Positions 30,737-40,115 of a stretch of 64,000 nucleotides of DNA are shown one piece after another. Location: positions 256,001-320,000 of the forward strand of contig OZ241326.1 of assembly GCA_965199855.1 (NCBI GenBank), given 5' to 3'. Origin of the DNA: a bacterium. GTDB lineage: Bacteria > UBA8248. The position numbers and the translations under genes were made by a program. Below the pieces are notes generated by a model. It made no database searches. It had not been told where the DNA came from and worked only from the letters and a program-made list of their open reading frames with translations. Within the stretch, counting starts at the first letter, position 1. Each line of letters opens with the position of its first letter.

Positions 30737-31729
30737 ATGCCGGACTTCGATCTTCCCGAAAGCGTTCTGGTGCGCGACGTGGTCATGCGCGACGGCATCC
30801 AGAACCTGAGCCAGACGCTGCCCACGGGGCTCAAGGTCGAGATTATTGAGGGCCTCGCCGAGGCGGGCGTTCGCCGCATCGAGGCCGCGAGCTTCATGAA
30901 CCCCAAGGCGGTGCCCGCCACCGCGGACGCCGAGGAGGTGATGCGCCGGATCAGGAGAAGGCCGGGCGTCCGATATGAGGCGCTGGTCGCCAACCGGCGC
31001 GGCGCGCGCCGGGCGGCGGACGCCGGATGCGACGGGATTCAGCAGGTCATCTCCCTCACGGACGCGCACAACCGGGCGAACGTCAACCGCTCGGTCAAGC
31101 AGAGCCTGGAGGAGATGCGCGAGGTGTCCCGCGTCGTGAAGGACGCCGGCGTCCCCTTCAGCGGAGCGATCAGCCTCGCGACGGGGTGTCCCTACACCGG
31201 GCGCGTGGCGGAGGAGGCGGTCTATGGCCTGGCCGGGAAATACGACGATCTGGGCGTGGACGAGGTGTTCCTGTGCGACTCGATGGGAATGGGCGATCCC
31301 GCGCGCATGGCGCGGATGGTTCGCGAGTTCAGGCACCGCTGGCCGCGCAAGGGGCTGGTCGTCCACATCCACAACACGCGCGGCATGGGGCTGGCCAACG
31401 CCCTGGCCTCGATGCAGGCGGGCGCGCGCGTTCTCGACGCCTCGCTCGGCGGCATCGGGGGGTGTCCCTTCGCGCCGGGGGCTTCGGGCAACGTCTCGAC
31501 GGAGGACCTGGCCCACATGCTCTGGCTCATGGAGGTGGAGACCGGCCTCGACGTGGACGCCCTCATCCGGCTGGCGCGAAGGCTGGCGGACGCCCTGGAA
31601 GCGCCCCTGCACGGCGCGGTGCTCAAGGCGGGCAAAAGCTTCGCCAAAGCGCCGATACCCGAGGGGCTTCTGGTGGACGAGGACGCCCGAACCACCCAGG
31701 CGGTGGACGCTCTCGCCGAGCGGGTGTGA
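30737..31729 (+). CDS. Hydroxymethylglutaryl-CoA lyase family protein
   Basis: RDGIQN, HIHNTRG and GGCPFAPGASGNV.TED motifs. Confidence 0.92.
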   Translation: MPDFDLPESVLVRDVVMRDGIQNLSQTLPTGLKVEIIEGLAEAGVRRIEAASFMNPKAVPATADAEEVMRRIRRRPGVRYEALVANRRGARRAADAGCDGIQQVISLTDAHNRANVNRSVKQSLEEMREVSRVVKDAGVPFSGAISLATGCPYTGRVAEEAVYGLAGKYDDLGVDEVFLCDSMGMGDPARMARMVREFRHRWPRKGLVVHIHNTRGMGLANALASMQAGARVLDASLGGIGGCPFAPGASGNVSTEDLAHMLWLMEVETGLDVDALIRLARRLADALEAPLHGAVLKAGKSFAKAPIPEGLLVDEDARTTQAVDALAERV

Positions 31730-31770
31730 CGCTTCGGGCTGAATCTTTTGGCGGGGCGCGCTTTGCTGGA

Positions 31771-32982
31771 TCAGCCGGGGTCGATCCCCTCGCTTTTGAG
31801 CCTCTCCTCCGCATAGCCCAGGCGCTCCACCAGAATCTCCCGGTTGCTCCGTCCCAGAGGCTCGGCCGCGTGGCGAATTTCGCCCGGCGTGCGCGAGAGC
31901 CTGCCGAAGACCTCCTGCATTCTCACCGCGCCGCCCAGCTCCTCATCCTGGACTGACGCGATGTTTCCGCGCGCGGCGACCTGCTCGTTCTCCATCACCA
32001 TCCTCACGTCGTTGATGGGCGCGGCGGCGCCCTCGAACGCCGTCAGGCGCGACATCACCTCCTCGAGCGTGAGCGACGCGATGGTCTTCCCCAGCTCCTC
32101 CTCCAGGGCGTCGGGGTTCTTCATGCGCTCGCGGTTGTCCGAGAACCGGGAGTCGGCGATGAGATCCTCGCGCCCGAGGCCCCGGCAGATGTTCTCGAAG
32201 ATCGACTGGTTCGAGCCCGCGATGAGCACCCACTGATCATCCGCGGTGCGGAAGTTGTTTCTCGGCACCGCGAATTCGAGGCGCGAGCCGCTTCTGCCCT
32301 GGATGAAGCCGAGCTGGTCGCAGTAAATCACCTGGGGTCCCAGCATGGTGAGCAGCTGCTCGTAGATGGCGAGGTCTATCTGCTGGCCGAGGCCGCCTCT
32401 TCTCTCGCGCTCGAACAGGGCGACCATCACCAGGAAGGCGGCGGCGATGCCCGTGGAGCAGTCGCCCAGCCCCCAGGAGGGGCTCAGCGGCGGGCCGTCC
32501 GCGTGGCCGTTGATGTGGCTGAATCCCGCGAAGGCCTCGGCCAGGGAGCCGAAGCCCGGGCGGTTTCGGTAAGGTCCCGTTCTGCCGAAGCCCGTGATGG
32601 AGAGCATGACGAGGGCGGGGTTCACCGCGCTGAGCGCGTCGTAGTCGAGGCCCCATTTCCGCAGGACGCCGGTGCGGTAGTTCTCCACCACCACGTCGGC
32701 CTCCTCCACGAGCCGCTTCACCGCCTCGACGCCGAAGGGCGTTCTGAGGTCCAGGGTCACGCTCTTCTTGCTGCGGTTGATCATCTTGTGGTAGAGGCCC
32801 ACCCCGTTCTTGTGGTGGCCCCAGAGCCGCATGGGGTCTCCGCCCTTCGGGTTTTCGATCTTGACGACCTCGGCGCCGTAGTCCGCCAGATACATCGCCG
32901 CCAGCGGCCCCGCCAGATAGTTCGAGATGTCCACGACCTTCACGCCCGCCAGGGGCGCGCGCGCGTTCGCCGAATCGCTCAT
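31771..32982 (-). CDS. CaiB/BaiF family CoA transferase
   Basis: AGP....LAD.GA.V.KIE, NR.KKS and ADVVVENYR motifs. Confidence 0.93.
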   Translation of the reverse strand: MSDSANARAPLAGVKVVDISNYLAGPLAAMYLADYGAEVVKIENPKGGDPMRLWGHHKNGVGLYHKMINRSKKSVTLDLRTPFGVEAVKRLVEEADVVVENYRTGVLRKWGLDYDALSAVNPALVMLSITGFGRTGPYRNRPGFGSLAEAFAGFSHINGHADGPPLSPSWGLGDCSTGIAAAFLVMVALFERERRGGLGQQIDLAIYEQLLTMLGPQVIYCDQLGFIQGRSGSRLEFAVPRNNFRTADDQWVLIAGSNQSIFENICRGLGREDLIADSRFSDNRERMKNPDALEEELGKTIASLTLEEVMSRLTAFEGAAAPINDVRMVMENEQVAARGNIASVQDEELGGAVRMQEVFGRLSRTPGEIRHAAEPLGRSNREILVERLGYAEERLKSEGIDPG

Positions 32983-33080
32983 GGGGAGTCCTCGGTGATG
33001 GTTTTTGGCGCGTGCGGGGAGAATGCTATCATTCGGGGCATTCGGTGGGAATTGACTCGCGCCTCCCTGCGGAGAAGGCC

Positions 33081-33233
33081 ATGGGCTATCGCGGAATGCG
33101 CGTCGTGGACTCCGACGCGCATTATCTCGAAGAGATTCGAGACTTCGCCAAGCATCTCGAAGGCCCCGCCGTCGAGCGCTTCCCCGTGGAGGCGGACGGG
33201 GAGGACCTCTACGTCATCCTGCCGGGAGGGTAA
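33081..33233 (+). pseudogene. N-terminal fragment of an amidohydrolase
   Basis: SD + MGYRGMRVVDSDAHYLE (D-x-D-x-H metal motif); stops after 50 aa where the GC content drops. Confidence 0.65.
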
Positions 33234-33317
33234 GGGGGATGAGCCAAGGCGTCGAGGGAGGCATCACCGATCTTCATCGATTTCACGAAATCGCGAATAA
33301 GAAAGGACAAAAGAAAC

Positions 33318-34484
33318 GTGTCTCTGGCGAATCTGGATAGAGAGACGCTCCGCAAAAAGGTGCTGGAGGCCTACAATGCGGATGATCCCCACCTCCGGCG
33401 ATTCCGGAAACACGCGCGCCGCCTCCGGGACGGAGTGAAGCCGCTTCGAGCGTATTCGACCAATGCGGTCTCATCGGTCTCGGCGGATGGCGGCGACAAT
33501 CGCCTCACGTTTAATCCGGTAGTTGTCGAACTGGTCCGGGTGGTGGATTCACTAGGCATGGAGTGCGCGCTCGACGCCGTCGCCAGCACCATTACCCTGA
33601 AAGAACTGGGGGAGCGCGCCGATCCGGAATCGGAACGTGGAATTCCTCCCTTGCAGCGATTGGCCCAGGATACCGGCAAGACGCTCGAAGATATGTCGTC
33701 AAACCTCATCAAAGGCATCGGGGCTCCGGGCGGGAGCACCGCGGCGATGCGCTGTTACCGCGACATCGTCGAGTGGGCCGTGCTTTACGATCTTGTTGCG
33801 AAGCCCAATCTTCGATGGGGCAACGATACGATTCTGGTGCGGGACGGCCTTCTCCGAACCAAATCCTTCTCGCGGGGCATGTTCCCTCTCCTGGATGAAA
33901 AAATACGCGACGGCGTCGCCGCGCACGCGCAAAAAAACGTGCAGATCTCAATCGTTGGCGTAGCGAAGCAAAGCGCCGTCCTCGGACGACTCGCGGTCGC
34001 CCTGGAGCTGGAGGCGACGTTTCACAAAAATTATCCATGCTATGTTCGCGTCGATCGGGACATAGAGAAAGAGTGCTACGATTTCGACAGTTCCTGGTTC
34101 GAGACATACGAAACAACGGAGGAAAACGCCTCCGGCCGCCGGTTGTACCAATCTCTCGGGCGTCTCCATCTCGTGAAGTTCGGGGACAGGCCAATGGATC
34201 CGGTATGGCCCGTTGATATCGCCGAATGGCAAGTGGGAAGCGCTGACCGCATTCTGGGGCAGCTCATGGCCGATGCCCAACAAGGCTTCCCCATTCCCGA
34301 TTACCCGATGTGCATTCAGCGAGCGCATAACTATGCGAAAATATCCGGCCTCGAAGTCCAGGACCTCCAGGATATGCTTTTCCAAGGATTGTGCAGCAAA
34401 CTTACAAATGAAGAGACCGAACGTCTGCTTCGCATGAAGCACCTGGGGCAGACGCTGGCGGATCTCAGATACAGGGAAGCCTGA
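33318..34484 (+). CDS. nurA: NurA-like nuclease
   Basis: SADGG and LVRDG acidic motifs, VGVAK, C-terminal DYP.CI.RAH..A.I; directly upstream of herA. Confidence 0.7.
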   Translation: MSLANLDRETLRKKVLEAYNADDPHLRRFRKHARRLRDGVKPLRAYSTNAVSSVSADGGDNRLTFNPVVVELVRVVDSLGMECALDAVASTITLKELGERADPESERGIPPLQRLAQDTGKTLEDMSSNLIKGIGAPGGSTAAMRCYRDIVEWAVLYDLVAKPNLRWGNDTILVRDGLLRTKSFSRGMFPLLDEKIRDGVAAHAQKNVQISIVGVAKQSAVLGRLAVALELEATFHKNYPCYVRVDRDIEKECYDFDSSWFETYETTEENASGRRLYQSLGRLHLVKFGDRPMDPVWPVDIAEWQVGSADRILGQLMADAQQGFPIPDYPMCIQRAHNYAKISGLEVQDLQDMLFQGLCSKLTNEETERLLRMKHLGQTLADLRYREA

Positions 34485-34486
34485 CC

Positions 34487-36553
34487 ATGCTGTTCTCGAA
34501 CGCGCGTATCGTTGGAACGTTCAAGGGTTTTCATGAGCGCGGCTTTGAATTTGCGGCCGAAATTATCGCCCCTTACGACGCGGGAATGCTCGATCGCCCT
34601 CAACTCGGCCAGTTCCTTCTCGTTGAGCTCGGCTCACGGGAAGAGGCCGCGCTCGGACGCATAACGCGCTTCGTTCCTTCCGGGTTGCTGACCACGCCGG
34701 AAGGTGAAGACTACGTCACTACCATGCAGCGCAGGCAACAAGAGGTGCCCGAAGACCTGAAGGAGCAGCGCTTGAAATATCGCGTCCAGGTAAAACTGCT
34801 GGGGGCCGTGCGCGCAAACGGAAGCGGAATCATCTATGTTCCATCACAGCGCAGGCTGCCGCATCTCGGCGCGCGCGTCGCATTGCCCAGCGATCAGGTT
34901 TTGCGGGAGCTGTGCAAGCTGAGCAGGGGAGAAACGGAGCTGGGGTCATACGTGTTGGGCGAATTCGTATTCTGCGGCGCCAGCCACAGACAGCGCCAGC
35001 CCGAACTGCTTTCTTGCGATCCCCGACTTCAGGTTACCTTTGACATTAAAAGCCTTGTGTCCCGCCGCTCCGTTGTTTTCGCGCGCGCGGGCTACGGGAA
35101 GTCCAACCTTGTCAAGTTTCTTGTCGCCGAGTTGTACAAGGAACAGCCCGTCACCTCGAGCGGCCGACCCGTCGGCGCGCTGATTTTCGATCCTGACGGC
35201 GAGTACTTCTGGCCTGATCGCGTCGCGAATCGCCCGGGGCTGTGCGACGTGCCGCACCTGAAGGATCGTCTTATCGTGTTCACCAACCGGCCGGCACCAA
35301 ATCCGTATTATGGCAGCTGGAAGGCCGGCGAAGTGAAGCTCGACATACGAGATATTGCCCCGCGTGACGTGATCAGCATTGCGATTTCTTCCGATCGCCA
35401 ATCCCAGCAGAACGTCCTCAAGCTGAAGAGCGTTTCACGCCCGAACTGGCGCGAACTCGTTGATCTGATCCACAAAAAGGAGCTTCGAGTCGAGGACAGT
35501 GAAATCGGAAAACTTCTTGGCTACAAGGATTCCCAAATTTTGAGCGCTGGGGTCGAAATCGCGGCGGCTCGCAGCAATATGTTCAATGTCGTGCGGACCC
35601 TTCACGACCCGAACAGCCAGGTGCTGGCGGGAACGCTCCGCGCTCTGGCCAAAGGGCAGGTTGTCGTCATCGACATCAGCCTGTTGAGTTCTGGCGCCGG
35701 CAACATGCTCGCCGGTCTGCTTCTCAGGCGGATTTTCTCGCATAATCAGGAGAACTTTACGGGCGGAAGTCCCGTAATCCCCGCCGTCGCCATCGTAGAG
35801 GAGGCGCAGAGCGTTCTCGGCCGCCGGCTGGACGATGCCAGCCCCTACGTGGAATGGGTGAAGGAAGGGCGCAAGTACGATCTCGGGGCCATGCTCGTTA
35901 CGCAGCAACCGGGTTCGATGGCGCCCGAGCTGCTCAGTCAGGCGGACAACTGGTTTTGCTTCCATCTGCTCTCCGAAGGCGACGCCGGGGTTCTGGGAAA
36001 ATACAACTCCCATTATTCACCGGACGTTCTCGCTCATCTCATCGCGGAGCCCATCCCCGGCAATTGCTACATGTGGAGCGCGCCGCACCAGCCCTTCGTG
36101 CTTCCGGTTCGACTGCGGGACTTCGGCGAAATCTATGGGGACAACATACGAAAAGAAGATGACGCGTCGCCCGCGGAAAACACCGGGGCGCAGGAAGTCA
36201 TCAAGGAACGGGCGGACGCCATGATTCGCATCAAGGATTGCGTGCGGGAACAACTGAAAAACAATCGCACGAAGGGCGGATTCCCGGTTAGATTCTACAG
36301 GATACCCGATGCGCTTCCCGAAGGCCGCGAGGGGGTTGGGATCAAGGAAGGCCAATTGTACTATCTCATCAAGTCCTGCAAATCTCCCGAAGACCCCCAT
36401 ACGGAAGATGAGTTGAAACGCCCGATTCTTGATCTGTTGCTTGGAGAAGGCGCCCTATGCGTCAAGAAGCGCGAGAACGCGGATTACTACTGCGCCGCCC
36501 TGGAAGACTGGGAGCGCGCGCTCGGAAAGAAGCCGACGCTCTCGGATCCATGA
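34487..36553 (+). CDS. herA: HerA/FtsK-family ATPase (DUF87) with N-terminal HAS barrel
   Basis: Walker A ARAGYGKS, IFDPDGEY, Walker B IVEEAQ, KEGRKY and VTQQP. Confidence 0.88.
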   Translation: MLFSNARIVGTFKGFHERGFEFAAEIIAPYDAGMLDRPQLGQFLLVELGSREEAALGRITRFVPSGLLTTPEGEDYVTTMQRRQQEVPEDLKEQRLKYRVQVKLLGAVRANGSGIIYVPSQRRLPHLGARVALPSDQVLRELCKLSRGETELGSYVLGEFVFCGASHRQRQPELLSCDPRLQVTFDIKSLVSRRSVVFARAGYGKSNLVKFLVAELYKEQPVTSSGRPVGALIFDPDGEYFWPDRVANRPGLCDVPHLKDRLIVFTNRPAPNPYYGSWKAGEVKLDIRDIAPRDVISIAISSDRQSQQNVLKLKSVSRPNWRELVDLIHKKELRVEDSEIGKLLGYKDSQILSAGVEIAAARSNMFNVVRTLHDPNSQVLAGTLRALAKGQVVVIDISLLSSGAGNMLAGLLLRRIFSHNQENFTGGSPVIPAVAIVEEAQSVLGRRLDDASPYVEWVKEGRKYDLGAMLVTQQPGSMAPELLSQADNWFCFHLLSEGDAGVLGKYNSHYSPDVLAHLIAEPIPGNCYMWSAPHQPFVLPVRLRDFGEIYGDNIRKEDDASPAENTGAQEVIKERADAMIRIKDCVREQLKNNRTKGGFPVRFYRIPDALPEGREGVGIKEGQLYYLIKSCKSPEDPHTEDELKRPILDLLLGEGALCVKKRENADYYCAALEDWERALGKKPTLSDP

Positions 36554-36727
36554 TGCCCGGCGCTTCAGATGCCCCCCCCTTCTCACTCGCTTGGCGAGTG
36601 CGGCGCTTCGTTGGCCGGTATCGTAACGGCGTTCATCAAAGGTCGATCCGACAAAGAGTAAAGCGAACGCGCTTGCCGCGTCACTTCGGGACGGGTTCGT
36701 TTGAAAAAGCGTTTCCCCGAAAAGCCG

Positions 36728-37531
36728 TCAGCTCCCCCTGAACTTCGGCTTGCGCTTTTCGTGAAAGGCCTCGACGCCTTCGCGGAAGTCGTCCGACTGG
36801 CGAAGCCGGGAGTAGCAGTGACCCTCCAGCTCGATGGCGGCGGAGAGGAGCGTGTCTTCGGTTTCGTTGAGCAGGCGCTTGGCCGTTCGCTGGGCCAGGG
36901 GCGCGAACCCGCGCAATTCGGCGGCCAGGGCGTCCGTGGCCGCTTCCAGCTCCTCGTCCGGGACGACTTCCGAGACGATGCCCCACTCGCGCGCCTGCCT
37001 GCCGGTGATGCGCTTCGAGCGCATGACGACGTCCTTCGTCCGCGCGATGCCGATCATCTTCTGGAGGCGCGCCGAGCCGCCGGAGCCGGGAATCTGGCCC
37101 AGGCGCTGCTCGGGGAGGGCGTAGAGCGCCGTCTCCGAGGCGACGCGGAAGTCGCAGGCGAGCGAGACCTCGAAGCCGACCCCGAAGCAGTAGCCGCGAT
37201 TGGCGGCGACGACGGGCTTTTCGCACCGCGCGGGCGCGGCGATGTTGTCGGCCAGCTTCGAGACGTGCTCGGGCGATGCTTCCAGAAAGCCGCGAATGAA
37301 GCCGCCCGAGGAGAAGTTCGGGCCGAGAGCGCGGAGCACGATCACCCGCACCCGGTCGTCGCGGTCGAGACTCTCGAACGCGGCGCGCATCTCCTCGCGC
37401 TGCCCCATCGAAATGGTGTTCATGTCGCCGCGGTCAAGAACGATGTCGCCGCGCTGCCGGTCCGCGTCCACCTCGACCGTGAAGCCGTCGAAGCGCGCGC
37501 CTCGCGGATCCTCAAGCGCTTCGGTCGCCAA
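36728..37531 (-). CDS. Enoyl-CoA hydratase/isomerase
   Basis: KPVVAA..GYCFG.GFE..LACD and PE..LG.IPG motifs; TTG start with GGAG SD. Confidence 0.9.
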   Translation of the reverse strand: MATEALEDPRGARFDGFTVEVDADRQRGDIVLDRGDMNTISMGQREEMRAAFESLDRDDRVRVIVLRALGPNFSSGGFIRGFLEASPEHVSKLADNIAAPARCEKPVVAANRGYCFGVGFEVSLACDFRVASETALYALPEQRLGQIPGSGGSARLQKMIGIARTKDVVMRSKRITGRQAREWGIVSEVVPDEELEAATDALAAELRGFAPLAQRTAKRLLNETEDTLLSAAIELEGHCYSRLRQSDDFREGVEAFHEKRKPKFRGS

Positions 37532-37557
37532 GGTGACTCCTCCCGCTTCGCGCCTCC

Positions 37558-39198
37558 TCATCGGCGCGAATGGTATCCCTTCCGTCCGGCGGACGCCATC
37601 CGCAGCAGGGACTTCTTGTCGATCTTGCCGCCGCCCACCCGGGGAAGCGCGCCCAGCTGAATGAATCGCGCCGGTATCTTGTAGGTGGCGAGTCCGCCCG
37701 CGCGCAGAAGGTCAATCAGGGCTTCGGGCTCGGGCGTCTTTCCTTCGTGCGCCTGAAAGAACGCCCAGGGCGCCTCGCCGTATTCGGGGTCGGGGGCGGC
37801 GACGACGGCGCACTCGAAGACGTCGGGATGCCTGGCGATTTCCCGCTCGACCTCTATCGGCAGGATTTTGTGGCCGCTGCGGTTGATGACGTCCCCGCCG
37901 CGGCCCAGCAGCGTCAGCCGCCCGTCCTCGCCGATGACCCCGATGTCGCCGGTCGCGCACCAGCCCTCCGACCAGACCGCCCGCGCGGCCCGCGGGTCGC
38001 TCCAGTAGCCGGAGGAGGCGTAGGGCGCGGAAACCCGGAGCCGCCCGATTCCGCCGGGAGGAAGCGCGCCTCCGCTCTCATCCTCGATGCGCAGGCGGCA
38101 CCCCGGAAGCGGGAGGCCGACGCTGCCGTCGAGCCGAAGGGCGGCCGGCTCCCGAACGTCCGCGTGCCCGAAGCCGGGGCATTCCATGCTTCCCGCCGCG
38201 ACCACGACGCGGCAATTCGTCAGGCTTTCGAGGCGGCGGGCCGCCTCGAGATCGGCGACCGCCGTGCCGACCCGCACGACGCGCAGCGAGCCGAGATCGA
38301 AGGAGGCGAGGTCTTCGCGCGCCAGCCGGGCGAGGACGACCGGCACCGTCGTCGCCGCGGTGATCCTCGCTTCCTCGACGAGCCGGAGGAGGTCGCGCGC
38401 CTTGTAGCCGTCGGGAAAGGTGAAGGCGCAGGGCGCCGCGCCGGAGGCCGCCCAGACCAGAAGCCCCGCCGCGCCCGACATCGGCGCGAAGACGCCGACG
38501 TTGTCGTCCTCCCCGAGGCTCAACCTTTCGGCGATGGCGCGCCCGACGCAGACCTGCGCCGCCTCCGGCCATTCGCACAGCTTGGGGAGGCCGCTCGATC
38601 CGCTCGAGACCGTGATCAGGGAAACCTCGTCGAAGCGGAAGCCTCGGCCGGCGATCCGTCCGGGGGCGCCGGCGTCCCGCGGGGCTTCGCGCAGGGCGGG
38701 CCAGCTCAGCCACCCCTCTGGCGCTTCCTCCGAGAGGAGGACGCGAAGGACGGGTTCGGCGCGACCGGCGAACGCCTCGTTCAGCCAGGCCGTTCGATCC
38801 TCGTCCATGGCTTCGGGCGAGACGAACACGGCGGCGGGGTCGAGTCGCCGGCGGGCGTGTTCGAGCTCCCTGCGCCGCCACTGCATGGGGGCGAAGCAGC
38901 CGATGATTCCGGCTTTCTTGAGCGCGATCCGCAGGATCATTTCGCGGTTCGAGGAAGTCATCTGCGCGAGGGCGCGGGCGCCGCGCGGAATCCCGCGGGC
39001 GATCAGGCTCGCGGCGATCCGGGCGGTCGCCTCATCCAGCCGCCGCCAGGTGATTTCCTCCTCCGCGTCGCGGCAGGCGGTCTTGTCGGGAAAATCCCGC
39101 GCGTAGGCTGCGTATCGCCCGACCATCGTCTCGCGCGACCAGTGCCCGGCCGCGAGATGCGCCTCGATTGCGGCGCGGTCGAGAAGAGAGGGCTTCAC
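37558..39198 (-). CDS. AMP-binding acyl-CoA ligase
   Basis: SSGSSGLPK, TGD, GR..D.I.R.G and YKIP motifs. Confidence 0.9.
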   Translation of the reverse strand: MKPSLLDRAAIEAHLAAGHWSRETMVGRYAAYARDFPDKTACRDAEEEITWRRLDEATARIAASLIARGIPRGARALAQMTSSNREMILRIALKKAGIIGCFAPMQWRRRELEHARRRLDPAAVFVSPEAMDEDRTAWLNEAFAGRAEPVLRVLLSEEAPEGWLSWPALREAPRDAGAPGRIAGRGFRFDEVSLITVSSGSSGLPKLCEWPEAAQVCVGRAIAERLSLGEDDNVGVFAPMSGAAGLLVWAASGAAPCAFTFPDGYKARDLLRLVEEARITAATTVPVVLARLAREDLASFDLGSLRVVRVGTAVADLEAARRLESLTNCRVVVAAGSMECPGFGHADVREPAALRLDGSVGLPLPGCRLRIEDESGGALPPGGIGRLRVSAPYASSGYWSDPRAARAVWSEGWCATGDIGVIGEDGRLTLLGRGGDVINRSGHKILPIEVEREIARHPDVFECAVVAAPDPEYGEAPWAFFQAHEGKTPEPEALIDLLRAGGLATYKIPARFIQLGALPRVGGGKIDKKSLLRMASAGRKGYHSRR

Positions 39199-39213
39199 GT
39201 CCCAAGTCCCGGG

Positions 39214-39999
39214 CTAGCGGCCCCTGTATCGGGGAGGGCGCTTTTCGGCGTAGGCCCTGAGCGCCTCGCGGCTGTCCTCGGTCGCCATGCAGATGGCGTA
39301 GAGCTTGCGCTCGTAGTCGATGCCCGTCAGCAGGTCCGTCTCCATGGAGCGCAGGACGGCGTCGCGCCCGGCGGCGAAGGCCATGGGCGCCTGCGCGCCC
39401 AGCTCGCGCGCCAGCTCCTTCGCGCGGGGCAGCAGGTCGGCGAGCGGCAGAACCTCCGTGACCAAGCCGATGGAAAGCGCTTTTTGCGCGTCGATTCGCT
39501 GTCCGGTGAGCACCATCTGCATCGCCCAGCCCAGGCCGACGAACCGGGAGAGGCGCTGCGTGCCGCCCGAGCCGGGAATCTGGCCCAGGCTGATCTCCGG
39601 CTGCGCGAGCTGCGCGTTTTCGCTCGCTACGCGGACGGTGCATCCCATGGCGAATTCGAGGCCCGCGCCGAAGCAGTAGCCGTTGATCGCGGCGACGGTC
39701 GGCTTGCCGAGGCGCTCCACCGCGGTCGGCAGGTCCTTCCTGAGCGTCGCCGAGGGCCCCATCTCGGAGAGGAGCGTCCGTTGCTCGAGCTCCGGGATGT
39801 TGGTGCCGGCGCAAAACGCCTTGTCCCCGTGTCCGGTGAACACGATGGCGCGGACCGCGTCGTCGGACTCGGCGCGGCGAACGCAGTCCAGCAGATCGAC
39901 CCGCATCTGGTGGGTCATGGCGTTTCGCCGCTCGGGCCAGTGAAGCGTCGCGATCAGCAGGTCCCCGTCCATTTCGGTGAGCACGTTCTCGTAAGGCAT
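39214..39999 (-). CDS. Enoyl-CoA hydratase/isomerase
   Basis: AFCAG, AAINGYCFGAGLE and PE..LG.IPG motifs. Confidence 0.92.
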   Translation of the reverse strand: MPYENVLTEMDGDLLIATLHWPERRNAMTHQMRVDLLDCVRRAESDDAVRAIVFTGHGDKAFCAGTNIPELEQRTLLSEMGPSATLRKDLPTAVERLGKPTVAAINGYCFGAGLEFAMGCTVRVASENAQLAQPEISLGQIPGSGGTQRLSRFVGLGWAMQMVLTGQRIDAQKALSIGLVTEVLPLADLLPRAKELARELGAQAPMAFAAGRDAVLRSMETDLLTGIDYERKLYAICMATEDSREALRAYAEKRPPRYRGR

Positions 40000-40115
40000 G
40001 GGAGAGCCGCCTCCTCATTTCCCCTGAGTTTTTCGCGCCGGCGCCCGGCGCGGCCCGCATCCGAAGGCCCGTCCGCTTCTTTCGTCCGCACGGGGCTTTC
40101 CCGCCCGGACTCCCT

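Noticed and set aside
36554-36727. ncRNA downstream of herA
   Set aside because: Only a short hairpin (CACTCGCTTGGCGAGTG); insufficient evidence
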